The position numbers were made by a program, and so were the translations under genes. Source: Candidatus Heimdallarchaeota archaeon (lineage in GTDB: Archaea > Asgardarchaeota > Heimdallarchaeia > JABLTI01). From it: a DNA stretch of 64,000 nucleotides. Positions within the stretch are counted from its first letter, which is position 1. Each line of letters opens with the position of its first letter. Positions 34,570-43,094 of this stretch are shown here, piece after piece. The notes under the pieces are model-generated. The model did not search any database. It was not told where the DNA came from and saw nothing but the letters and a program-made list of their open reading frames with translations. The stretch covers positions 8,295 to 72,294 of the forward strand of contig DXJV01000087.1 of assembly GCA_019056785.1 (NCBI GenBank), in the 5' to 3' direction.

Positions 34570-35852
34570 CCAAGTTCGTTAGTAAGAAGCTTTCCTAAGC
34601 GTGTGATTCCTTCGTAAATCTCATCTTCTTTATTATAAGAATAGCCTAAACGCATAGAATTTGTTTTGGCTTGGGATGAGACTAACTTGCTTCCGTCTTC
34701 TTCTAAAGCCCAACCCTTTATGGGGTAAAAAGCAGCACCAGGAACAAACATAATGTCATTTGGTATTGCAACATCAATCAAGAATTGTTTGGAATTGAAC
34801 AGTTTCTCGGACTCATACCAAACAAAAAATCCACCATTTGGTTTAGTGTGTTTTCCTGCTGGAAAGGTTTCTTCGATGCCTTTTAGCATTGCTTCGGAGT
34901 TCTTTTGATATGTACGTAAACATTCAGGGAGGACCTTGTCGATATATTTCTCATAATAAATAGCCATAATCTTTTGAAGGATAGTTGGAGAGCAGAGGTC
35001 GAGATACCCTTTATCTTTTAACACCTCGTCTTTCAGACCTTTAGGCAGGACAGAATATCCCATCCGTAACACAGCAGCTTCCTTAGATGTTGTACGTAAA
35101 TAAGCAACTCGATTGTTTTCTTTATCCAATGATTTTATTGGTTTAATGGATTCTCCTTTAAATTGGATTTCTTTGTATGCTTGATCTTCGATAAGAAGAA
35201 GATCATATTTTTCTGAGATATCAAATAAAGCTTTTCGGCGCGCCCATGGAAGAGTTGTTCCCTTTGGATTATCAGAATCAGGCACGACATACAAGATTTC
35301 TGGTTTCTTCCCAAACTTCTTTTCCGCTAAGGGTATTGCTTTCTCCACAAATTCAGGGATAATACCATCCAGATCAGTTGGGATGGTAACAATTTCAGCA
35401 CCCATTTTGAATGCAGGAGCAAGAAAGCCCAAATAAGCAGGGCTCGGGGTGAGAATGACATCACCAGGGTCGATCATAGTATCCAAAATAGCATACAGAG
35501 CTTGTTGGGAGCCTGCCGTTAAAACAACATCCTTCCAGCCGCTTTCTTCGTCGAGGTATAAGCCATCAATGCGTCTCATTCGGTCAGCTAATACGCGCAA
35601 ACAAAATTCTTGCCCTCCAGTCGGCCCATAGTTCCATAATGAGATGGCTTTTCCGTATCTTCCTTCGTCGTAATCACGCTTATTTTCTTCACTGATTTCT
35701 ACCAAAATATCTGATAATGTTTCAATTGGCAATGCACCTGGTAAGCCACCACCGAAATTCCACTTCACTTTGTATTCTAAAAGAGCTCTAATTTCAGATG
35801 GGGGTAACAGCTTCGTCCATATCGCAAAATCAAATCGGTTGTTTTTAGTCAT
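34566..35852 (-). CDS. Class I/II PLP-dependent aminotransferase
   Basis: 428 aa. It has PxxYxG, SDNPKGT (N-P-x-G) and the PLP-lysine region TTSKEAAVLRMGY (S-x-S-K...R-x-G-Y pattern). Confidence 0.85.
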   Translation of the reverse strand: MTKNNRFDFAIWTKLLPPSEIRALLEYKVKWNFGGGLPGALPIETLSDILVEISEENKRDYDEGRYGKAISLWNYGPTGGQEFCLRVLADRMRRIDGLYLDEESGWKDVVLTAGSQQALYAILDTMIDPGDVILTPSPAYLGFLAPAFKMGAEIVTIPTDLDGIIPEFVEKAIPLAEKKFGKKPEILYVVPDSDNPKGTTLPWARRKALFDISEKYDLLLIEDQAYKEIQFKGESIKPIKSLDKENNRVAYLRTTSKEAAVLRMGYSVLPKGLKDEVLKDKGYLDLCSPTILQKIMAIYYEKYIDKVLPECLRTYQKNSEAMLKGIEETFPAGKHTKPNGGFFVWYESEKLFNSKQFLIDVAIPNDIMFVPGAAFYPIKGWALEEDGSKLVSSQAKTNSMRLGYSYNKEDEIYEGITRLGKLLTNELG

Positions 35853-36010
35853 GATTTTTTCAACCTGTTAATTGGTGATAACTTTCTAAGTAAATTATAA
35901 CCTTCAATTTTTGATTCTAATTTTTTAAACATATACTTCTCAAGAGAGTTAAGATTAACCCTTTAAAAAAATGTTGATTATTAAGAATTAAAAGAATTTT
36001 GTAAGAAAAA

Positions 36011-36040
36011 TAAGTAAAAAACGGCACAGAGATTAGCCGT
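36011..36040 (-). terminator. Hairpin plus T-runs downstream of atpK
   Basis: ACGGC-10 nt-GCCGT (36021-36040). On the - strand it is followed by TTTTTACTTATTTTTC. Confidence 0.5.
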
Positions 36041-36113
36041 CTTTAGAGTGCACTTGGTTATTGGGTGTTGGTTTATTGAGCAGCCTTCATGCATTCAACT
36101 TCGAATCTAGATT

Positions 36114-36389
36114 TTAAGAGATATTTCCTACCAATACAAATGCAATAACAAATCCATAAATGGCAATAGCTTCAATTAATGCCAAAAGGACAAGCATTTT
36201 TCCAAAGGATTCTGGCTTTTCGACAATGGCAGCAGCAGCAGATGCAGCAGCCGTTCCAAGACCTAACGCAGCACCAATGCCGGTCAGTCCAATCGCTAAC
36301 CCAGCACCAAGCGCAATGAGACCTGATTCTGACTCCGCGAGGATGGAGAAATCTGCTCCGGGTGCTCCACCGCTAAAAGCTACAACCAC
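36114..36389 (-). CDS. atpK: A-type ATP synthase subunit K (proteolipid c subunit, single hairpin)
   Basis: Two TM helices with a G/A-rich helix 1 (GLAIGLTGIGAALGLG). The ion-binding Glu is in helix 2 (LLALIEAIAIYGF). The GTG start has no SD; the frame stays open upstream to a strong GGAGGT (36478-36483), see findings. Confidence 0.85.
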   Translation of the reverse strand: MVVAFSGGAPGADFSILAESESGLIALGAGLAIGLTGIGAALGLGTAAASAAAAIVEKPESFGKMLVLLALIEAIAIYGFVIAFVLVGNIS

Positions 36390-36550
36390 TCTAACGATGG
36401 CAGTAATACCAATTGCGATGACTACTACTTGAATTGCAATAAAGATCTTTTTTGCTATTGATAATTGAATGTTAGTTACCTCCTTAGGGGGGAATTTACT
36501 ATATAGCGAATAGACTTTTCATAAAGGGTTTTTAATCTTTACGAAAATTC

Positions 36551-37633
36551 TCACAGTAAGATGATTTTATCAAGAATTTCCTCAGATGCTTTATCATGTA
36601 TTTTACCCAAGATTATCGTACGAAGATTTCGAATTTCTATTTCCTTCAAAAAGAAGAAAGCGGGATAGATGGTTATATTAAAACTTGCACCTCTGAAAAT
36701 CGAATTAGCAATATGAACGATATGTTGATCAGCATATAAGTCGAAATTAGCGAGAGGAGTTAAACCAGTTTCAAGATTTGTGATGAGACGATTAGCGAGG
36801 TCCTTGAAAGCAGTTTCCTCTTTTATGAGTTTGAATGTCTCTTCAAAATCTTGTGCAGCGAGGAAACGCTCAAGCAATTGTTGTGAGAGAGGACAAAATT
36901 GAGTATAGATAAGCCATTTTTTGACCATAGCCGGTTGGATTCCAAAGGCTTTTGATCGCAGAATAATCTCCAAATTTTGAATGCCGATTTGTGCCTCAAA
37001 GAATCTTTTAGCTGATCGGTAATCTGCTCCCTTTAGGGATTGCAGTGTGTTACAAAGGGAATCATAATAAAATTGGTCGATAGCAATGATAAGTGGATAA
37101 ACAATATCCAGATAGCGATATTCTCCAATGACTTTTTCTAATGCAGAACGAAGAGCGGGATTTTCTAAACGGGAAATTAAATCTGGAATGTCTTTTGCTG
37201 CAAATAAGCTCTCTGTTTGGCGATTTTCTTCCTCCGATAGGCTGATAAGCATTCCTCTGGCATCTTCAAACCGATTTGCCCCGTAAAGACCCGAAAGTAT
37301 GACTTTTATGTTGTTTAAAAAGAAACGAGAACCAAAAGCGGTAATAAATTGTTGGGAGCGAGGGGGAACGAATTTCCGAAAACTGTTAAATTGATCAACA
37401 AAGTTTTGAGTTAGACGCCGGTCAATTTCAATTAGATTCGGGTAATCTTTAACCATTTCCGAGCCAATTATCTCATGATAGTTTGTTTGCGCAAGCATCT
37501 GGCGAAGATTGTTAAGATCAGTAGCGCTTGCCAAAAGGTTGTATGTACCTGCAGAAAAGAGCATAGTACGTTGTGAGCGCATATAAACATTTAGAGGACC
37601 ATAATCTCGAGCATTTTTAAACATCGTCTTCAT
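36551..37633 (-). CDS. atpC: A-type ATP synthase subunit C (V-ATPase d-subunit homologue)
   Basis: 360 aa, all-helical. The N-terminus YGPLNVYMRSQRTMLFSAGTYNLL...LAQTNYHEIIG resembles the Y.y..aR.ra....L....Y..L....T.Y start of archaeal AtpC. Adjacent to atpK. Confidence 0.75.
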   Translation of the reverse strand: MKTMFKNARDYGPLNVYMRSQRTMLFSAGTYNLLASATDLNNLRQMLAQTNYHEIIGSEMVKDYPNLIEIDRRLTQNFVDQFNSFRKFVPPRSQQFITAFGSRFFLNNIKVILSGLYGANRFEDARGMLISLSEEENRQTESLFAAKDIPDLISRLENPALRSALEKVIGEYRYLDIVYPLIIAIDQFYYDSLCNTLQSLKGADYRSAKRFFEAQIGIQNLEIILRSKAFGIQPAMVKKWLIYTQFCPLSQQLLERFLAAQDFEETFKLIKEETAFKDLANRLITNLETGLTPLANFDLYADQHIVHIANSIFRGASFNITIYPAFFFLKEIEIRNLRTIILGKIHDKASEEILDKIILL

Positions 37634-37761
37634 CTCTCGAATAATTTGAAGAGTTATCCAGATAAAACATTTTTTAAAGCTTCATCTGAAAATGACTCAA
37701 CAGTTTAAAAAAAGAGCTGATTTATAATTCTTTTTGCTCATATCAGTAAAAAGCATTAATT

Positions 37762-37800
37762 GAAAAAAAGAGGGGAAAAGAATTCAACACTTGAATTCTT
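37762..37800 (-). terminator. Perfect 10-bp hairpin plus T7 run terminating the GTPase/membrane-protein unit
   Basis: AAGAATTCAA-cac-TTGAATTCTT (37778-37800). On the - strand it is followed by TTCCCCTCTTTTTTTC. Confidence 0.6.
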
Positions 37801-37916
37801 ATTGATGACATTCACTACTTCTCAACAATTTCGACGACTTCTTTCTTTTTCTTGGAAAAAGAAGAGGCGATGGATTCCATTGTTGCAGTTATTTCCTTGC
37901 TCATCTGCTTGACAAT

Positions 37917-38699
37917 TCACGCTTTGCCATGGATACGTCGTTTCAACCGATCTGGTAGTATCCATCCAAAGTAATCAATAATAATACTAATACTCGCTGT
38001 GATTCCCCGTAAGGTATGAACTAAACCGACCACAACGGGGATTTGGTGCATATTAGGCATTATATAAAAACTCGAAATCAACGATAATGTCATAATGAGT
38101 ACAACCGGTGCCAAGATATAGGTGAATCCTTTTCTTGCCACAGGGTTTTCAACATCACGTTGAATGCAGATGAGTCTGAAAACGATTTGTACATGGATTA
38201 ATGAAAAGACAGGCAAATAAATGGCTAAGCCATAAATTATTTGAGGTAAATAGAGGACAATTTCCACGCCCGCTAGAATGAATTTTTGATAAAACCGAGG
38301 ATTCGGAACATCAAACATTATTTCTGCGGCCATTAAGGTAATGAAAATCGAGATAACAGCTGTTAAAAATACAGTTGTCATAGCACGAGCGAAATCCTTG
38401 TCCTGTAAAATGTGGCGATTAGAAAAGTAGTAGAAGATGTAAGCAAGAGAATAAAAGAAGGTATACGAAAGAATGAGATACCCCACCCAATGGCTGTCGC
38501 CCTGGTAGAAATAAAGTGTTTCACTTAAAGCCGTGGCAATTTCACCAAAAGCAACAAATAGAAAGCTAATGGTCAACAATAAAGTACCAAGAGTTTTTTT
38601 CTTTAAAAATTGTCGGAACAACAAAAACACGAAAGCAAGTGCAAGAAGCGAAGCAAGATAGGAAATAATCAAAAAATACCATGTGAAAGCTAATCCCAT
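37917..38699 (-). CDS. Polytopic membrane protein (7-8 TM), translationally coupled to the Arf-like GTPase
   Basis: 260 aa. Hydrophobic helices lie at about residues 3-28, 36-58, 70-92, 105-127, 138-178 (one long helix or two), 191-214 and 221-247. The C-terminus is basic (RLKRRIHGKA). The ATG is 3 nt after the GTPase stop, with GGAGGT 7 nt upstream. Confidence 0.7.
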   Translation of the reverse strand: MGLAFTWYFLIISYLASLLALAFVFLLFRQFLKKKTLGTLLLTISFLFVAFGEIATALSETLYFYQGDSHWVGYLILSYTFFYSLAYIFYYFSNRHILQDKDFARAMTTVFLTAVISIFITLMAAEIMFDVPNPRFYQKFILAGVEIVLYLPQIIYGLAIYLPVFSLIHVQIVFRLICIQRDVENPVARKGFTYILAPVVLIMTLSLISSFYIMPNMHQIPVVVGLVHTLRGITASISIIIDYFGWILPDRLKRRIHGKA

Positions 38700-38702
38700 A
38701 GC

Positions 38703-39191
38703 TTAGACCTCCTTTAGCATTTTAATGAACCATGAAAATGAATCATATACACCTTCGCCGGTTCTTGCAGAAGTGGGGAAGCAAGCCCAGGTAATCGGTA
38801 AATCGATATCCATGAGACCGAATTCTTCGATGAATTCTTTTCGAGAAAGACTATTAGGTAAGTCAACTTTATTTAGCAAGATTAACACAGGTGTTTCTTC
38901 GTTGATTTGTGTGTTAAGAATGTTGTAGAAAATTTCTTTCGCTTCTGCCAAGCGAACAACATCTGTACTATCAACCACAAACACAAGAGCATCTGACTTT
39001 TCATTAATTTGATTCCAAAGTCCTCGAAAGTCTTCCTGACCACCAAGATCAAAAACATTTAAACGCAATTTTGGAAAATTAATTGTTTCACGATTTACCC
39101 CCATTGTTGGGATAGTTTCGATAAATTCACCTTTTACCAAATAATTTAGTAGAGTGGTTTTTCCGGCTTTGTCTAAGCCACAAATAGTCAT
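38703..39191 (-). CDS. Arf/Arl/Sar-family small GTPase (no N-terminal amphipathic helix)
   Basis: G1 is GLDKAGKT (Arf: GLDAAGKT). Switch I is TIPTMGVNRET (Arf: TIPTIGFNVET). G3 is FDLGGQEDFRGLW (Arf: WDVGGQDKIRPLW). Also FVVDSTD, G4 NKVDLPN and G5 TSARTGEGV. Length 162 aa. Confidence 0.9.
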   Translation of the reverse strand: MTICGLDKAGKTTLLNYLVKGEFIETIPTMGVNRETINFPKLRLNVFDLGGQEDFRGLWNQINEKSDALVFVVDSTDVVRLAEAKEIFYNILNTQINEETPVLILLNKVDLPNSLSRKEFIEEFGLMDIDLPITWACFPTSARTGEGVYDSFSWFIKMLKEV

Positions 39192-39220
39192 ATTTACTTG
39201 TTTTGTCTACTTTTAAAGAG

Positions 39221-39234
39221 TTTTTATAAAAAAA
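39221..39234 (-). promoter_or_regulatory. TATA-like box upstream of the GTPase gene
   Basis: The - strand reads GTCTTTTTTTATAAAAACTC, about 30-43 nt upstream of the GTPase ATG (39189-39191). Confidence 0.35.
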
Positions 39235-39284
39235 GACATTTCTCAAATCACCTTGATTATTAAAAATATTAGGGGATACAATTT

Positions 39285-39695
39285 CTACCATAAGTCTTCT
39301 GCAAGTGATTTAGCTACTCGTTTGCCATTTGATTCCGCTTTATCCTTCTCTTCTTCAATTTTAACCTCAATGGTGGTCACAAAGCCAATTTTTATCTTGA
39401 TGGTCTTTGACCCAAAGGCATTATAGATTGACGGCAAGATTTGTTGAAGAAGCTCAAGAAAGATTGCATCATTATTTTGCAACTCGGAAATAATAATGGA
39501 AAACAATTTTCGTACACTTTGGATATTATAATCGCTATTATCAAATACCACCACTAAAGAAGCGATATTATTACACTCGGTTTGGGAAGGAATGATAAAA
39601 ACATAGCCCGAGATTGCGCTACCGTTATTCATTACATTAGAAGTAAAATCGCCTGCCTTTGCACCGAAAGGCATAACTCTTAATAGTATTCTCAT
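39285..39695 (-). CDS. Hypothetical soluble protein (136 aa) immediately upstream of the GTPase gene
   Basis: Clean ORF on the same strand, 93 nt from the GTPase gene. Alternating beta/alpha-looking segments and an acidic-then-basic C-terminus. No motif recognised. Confidence 0.55.
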   Translation of the reverse strand: MRILLRVMPFGAKAGDFTSNVMNNGSAISGYVFIIPSQTECNNIASLVVVFDNSDYNIQSVRKLFSIIISELQNNDAIFLELLQQILPSIYNAFGSKTIKIKIGFVTTIEVKIEEEKDKAESNGKRVAKSLAEDLW

Positions 39696-40059
39696 TTTTT
39701 AATGGCTGAGGTAAAATATCAGGGTAAACCTTAATGAGCTCCAAGCCATTTTTTCACATTTGAACTAAACAGACACTCACAGGTTTAATTTTGCTCACCT
39801 AGAAAGTAAATGTTAGAAACTTCTTGAAAAGTAATATAAGTCTTTCACTTTAGGAAAATTTGAAAAAAAAAGTTCGGCTAAATAGGATTTTTTTTCAAAA
39901 AACAAGAGCGGAATATTTTCGCTTTACAGCAGGGAATTAATTGGAACAAAGGAGGAACTGAGCGAGAAAACAGTTCTACATTTGAACCAATAGACATTAA
40001 AAGAAAAAAGACTATTATCAACTAAAATTGATTAAAAGTTAAAACTAAGGAAAACAAAA

Positions 40060-41508
40060 ATGACCGATGGACAAGAAATAGCCGATTTTGCTATTGACTT
40101 TGCAACAAAACAAGGAGCAAAGTATGCAGAAGCCCGCTTTGAAGAAACAATGGCTGAAGGATATACAACCAGAAACGGCGTAATGATTGGTGGAGGGAAA
40201 AAGAACTTTGCTGGCATTGGTATGCGAGTTCTCACAAAAGAAGGAATGGGTTTTTGTTCTACAGCAAAATTGGATAAGGATGAGATTAAAAAAGCAATTA
40301 AAATTGCTGTGAAAATGGCTCGAGCGAGCAGAAGGAAGGAACCTATAAAGTTCTCAGAGGAAAAAGCTGTTCAAGCTAAATGGCAAACGCCTGTAGAAGA
40401 AGCTTTTGAGGATATAGCGGATGAGGACAAAATACAATTTGTCCAGCAAATTGATAAAACATTAATGGAGCAAGAGTTTGGTTCAGCTTTGGTGACAAGA
40501 ACATTAATACTTGATTTAACTCGGAACAAGAAATATTTTACAACAAACGAGGGAACAAAAATTGAAAGTGAAAAAAGCCTTATCGCTTTCTACACGTTCA
40601 ATACTGCAAAAGGAGTGTTTGGAACCGAGCAACGATTCTATGGTCAAGCAGGAGCTATGGGTTGGGAATGGTTCAAAAAGGAGAAGATCCTCGATAAGAT
40701 TATCGAGGACAATCGTGCTCTTGTAAAAACAGCGAATCTTGCCAAAGAAGCTTCTCTCGGAGTTACCGATGTAATCGTCAGTGGCGAAGTAGCTGGAATT
40801 ATTGCTCATGAAAATTGTGGGCACCCCTCAGAAGCAGACCGCATTCTCGGGCGAGAAGGAGCTCAAGCAGGCGAGTCATTCTATATTGACCTGTTAGAGA
40901 AAGGCACTCTTGGTGAAATTCAACTTGGTTCGGAGGTGGTGACAATCATTGACGACCCCACGCTCCCAGGAGGAGCAGGTTTTTATGAATACGATGATGA
41001 AGGCGTTAAAGCTCGCCCCCGATTTCTTATTAAAAACGGTAGGCTGAATGAATTACTCTTCAATCGGGAATTTGCCGCAAAATTCAACACCCAATCAAAT
41101 GCAGCTGCCCGAGCAATAGGATATAATCGAGAACCGATCATTCGGATGGCTAACACTTATTTTGCACCGGGCAAGTTCACCCTTGAGGAATTGTTTGAAG
41201 ATGTAAAAAAGGGCTTGTATATGAAAAGCTTCACAGAATGGAATATTGATGACCGTCGCTATCAAAGTAAATACGTTGGCTTAGAAGCATATATCATTGA
41301 AAATGGTGAATTGACGGAACAAATGGTTCGACGACCAATCCTCGAGTTAACTACCAAAGGAATCTTCGGCAGTGTAGATGCAGTTTCAAAGGAAACTGAA
41401 TTTCCTTATGGAACATGCGGTAAGAGCGATCCTGCTCAGGGAGCACCATGCTGGATGGGAGGGGCCCAGCTTCGGTTACGGAACATTCGACTTGGAGGCG
41501 GAAAGTAA
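40060..41508 (+). CDS. tldD: TldD-family metalloprotease
   Basis: 482 aa with the HENCGH (H-E-x-x-x-H) zinc motif and a conserved C-terminal GxC...GG region. Followed immediately by its PmbA partner. Confidence 0.9.
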   Translation: MTDGQEIADFAIDFATKQGAKYAEARFEETMAEGYTTRNGVMIGGGKKNFAGIGMRVLTKEGMGFCSTAKLDKDEIKKAIKIAVKMARASRRKEPIKFSEEKAVQAKWQTPVEEAFEDIADEDKIQFVQQIDKTLMEQEFGSALVTRTLILDLTRNKKYFTTNEGTKIESEKSLIAFYTFNTAKGVFGTEQRFYGQAGAMGWEWFKKEKILDKIIEDNRALVKTANLAKEASLGVTDVIVSGEVAGIIAHENCGHPSEADRILGREGAQAGESFYIDLLEKGTLGEIQLGSEVVTIIDDPTLPGGAGFYEYDDEGVKARPRFLIKNGRLNELLFNREFAAKFNTQSNAAARAIGYNREPIIRMANTYFAPGKFTLEELFEDVKKGLYMKSFTEWNIDDRRYQSKYVGLEAYIIENGELTEQMVRRPILELTTKGIFGSVDAVSKETEFPYGTCGKSDPAQGAPCWMGGAQLRLRNIRLGGGK

Positions 41509-42876
41509 ATGACAGAATCAATACTTAATTTGACCCTTTCTCTTGCGCAGAAAGAAGGAGCAAAAGAAGTCATTGTACAGCACTCTTTTGGTCCGGGGTA
41601 TCAGATACGTTTTTCGAATGCTGCTATCGATATTGCTAAAAAATGGGATAACAACACCCTCGAGGTTTTCCTTGCAATTGGACAAAAAACTACTCAAATT
41701 GACATTCTTGATCCATCACCAACAAAAATTAGAGAAGCTATTCCTCGTACAATGAGATTCTTAAGGAAAATGCCTGACAGCGAGTTATATGCTGGGATGG
41801 AGGACCGCGTCTTAGCTTATCAGCAACTCGATGGACTTTATGACAAGCGTGTGGAGGGGCTGTATGAACAAGCACCGGACTTGGTGAATGGAGCCATTAA
41901 TGCTGCTCTTGCTGCAGGAGCAAAGCGTGTTGCAGGCGTCCTTTATTTCGGGAGCGAAACCGTGGAACTCCAGACAAGCTATGGGTTTACCGGAAGCTAT
42001 AAACATTCCTATTACAGATCAACCATTCGCTCTTTTGTTGATTTTGAAAGCAGCGGCCAGCAAGTGGTTGTGGGACGCGACTTAACCGATCTTGAAAAGA
42101 AGCTCACTAACGCCGGACAAAAAGCAGGCAAACTTGCAGCCATGGCGGTTGGTGGCAGACAAGGAAAGGCAGGGACTTATGATTTAATTATGAGCCCCAC
42201 AGTCGGAGCAAATGTGCTTGGTGAGATCACGAACAGCGCTAACCCCCTAATGATTCTTATGGAGATGAGCCCCTTAAAAGATCATTTTGGCGAACAGATT
42301 GCCCCTGAAAACTTGCAAGTAATAGATGATCCGCACATAAGTGAAGGCCTGGAAAGCAAACCATTTGATGTAGAAGGCACGCCCACAGCGAAAACACCGA
42401 TCATACAAAATGGTGTTTTAGTTGGAATGATCCACAATACCTCTTCCGCAAAAATAATGCAAACAGAATCAACCGGAAATTCAGCCCTTCTTGATATTGG
42501 CATGGGATCAAAAGTACTTGCGCCAGAAACAACGAATATGGTCTTCTCCAAAGGAGAGCAAACCTTTGAGGAAATAGTTGCTGACTCGCGAAAACCGACA
42601 ATTTATGTCACATCCAATTGGTACACACGATTTACCAATATGCTCGAAGGAGAATTTTCCACCATCCCCAGAGATGCTATGTTCCTTATAGAAAAAGGGG
42701 AAATCAAAAAACCCGTACGAAAACTACGACTAACTGACAATCTCCTACGAATGAGCAAAAATATTATTGCTGTTGGAAAAGATCAGAAACAAATCTTCTG
42801 GTGGGAAGTTTATACCCCAACATTCATTTCAACAATTAAAGTGGCAGATTGCAGATTAACAGCGGCCACGCAATAA
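41509..42876 (+). CDS. pmbA: PmbA/TldE-family protein (TldD partner)
   Basis: 455 aa, homologous in layout to TldD but lacking the HExxxH motif. Its start codon abuts the tldD stop. Confidence 0.8.
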   Translation: MTESILNLTLSLAQKEGAKEVIVQHSFGPGYQIRFSNAAIDIAKKWDNNTLEVFLAIGQKTTQIDILDPSPTKIREAIPRTMRFLRKMPDSELYAGMEDRVLAYQQLDGLYDKRVEGLYEQAPDLVNGAINAALAAGAKRVAGVLYFGSETVELQTSYGFTGSYKHSYYRSTIRSFVDFESSGQQVVVGRDLTDLEKKLTNAGQKAGKLAAMAVGGRQGKAGTYDLIMSPTVGANVLGEITNSANPLMILMEMSPLKDHFGEQIAPENLQVIDDPHISEGLESKPFDVEGTPTAKTPIIQNGVLVGMIHNTSSAKIMQTESTGNSALLDIGMGSKVLAPETTNMVFSKGEQTFEEIVADSRKPTIYVTSNWYTRFTNMLEGEFSTIPRDAMFLIEKGEIKKPVRKLRLTDNLLRMSKNIIAVGKDQKQIFWWEVYTPTFISTIKVADCRLTAATQ

Positions 42877-42885
42877 AAAAGTAGC

Positions 42886-42926
42886 AAAGAGCCTATCTTT
42901 AAGACTCTTTATACTTCATTTTTTTT
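42886..42926 (+). terminator. Hairpin plus T8 run downstream of pmbA
   Basis: AAAGAG-13 nt-CTCTTT (42886-42910), followed by a run of 8 T (42919-42926). Confidence 0.45.
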
Positions 42927-43034
42927 AATGACAGTGGTGATTCATACGCAAAAAAATATTACTTGAGAGTTTGGGAGCAGTTGAGTTTGCTGCGAAAAAT
43001 TCAGAAAAAGATTTTTACAGCTGACAACAAACTA

Positions 43035-43040
43035 TTTATA
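43035..43040 (+). promoter_or_regulatory. TATA-like box (TTTATA) upstream of pyrG
   Basis: AAACTATTTATAGCAG, 55-60 nt upstream of the pyrG ATG. Confidence 0.3.
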
Positions 43041-43094
43041 GCAGCTTCGAGTTAGTGGAGCTTTTATTAGCAAATAACCAAAGGATTCAGAAAA

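Noticed and set aside
37815-37904. 29-aa micro-ORF (MSKEITATMESIASSFSKKKKEVVEIVEK). It lies between the 7-8 TM gene stop and the terminator, so it is inside the GTPase transcription unit.
   Set aside because: It has no Shine-Dalgarno and no recognisable motif, and it is too short to distinguish from chance. It is worth revisiting only if conserved in relatives or seen in ribosome profiling.
37917-38699. The idea that the GTPase-coupled membrane protein is a microbial rhodopsin.
   Set aside because: There is no lysine in the last TM helix (VVVGLVHTLRGITASISIIIDYFGWIL) for a retinal Schiff base, and no rhodopsin-like motifs.
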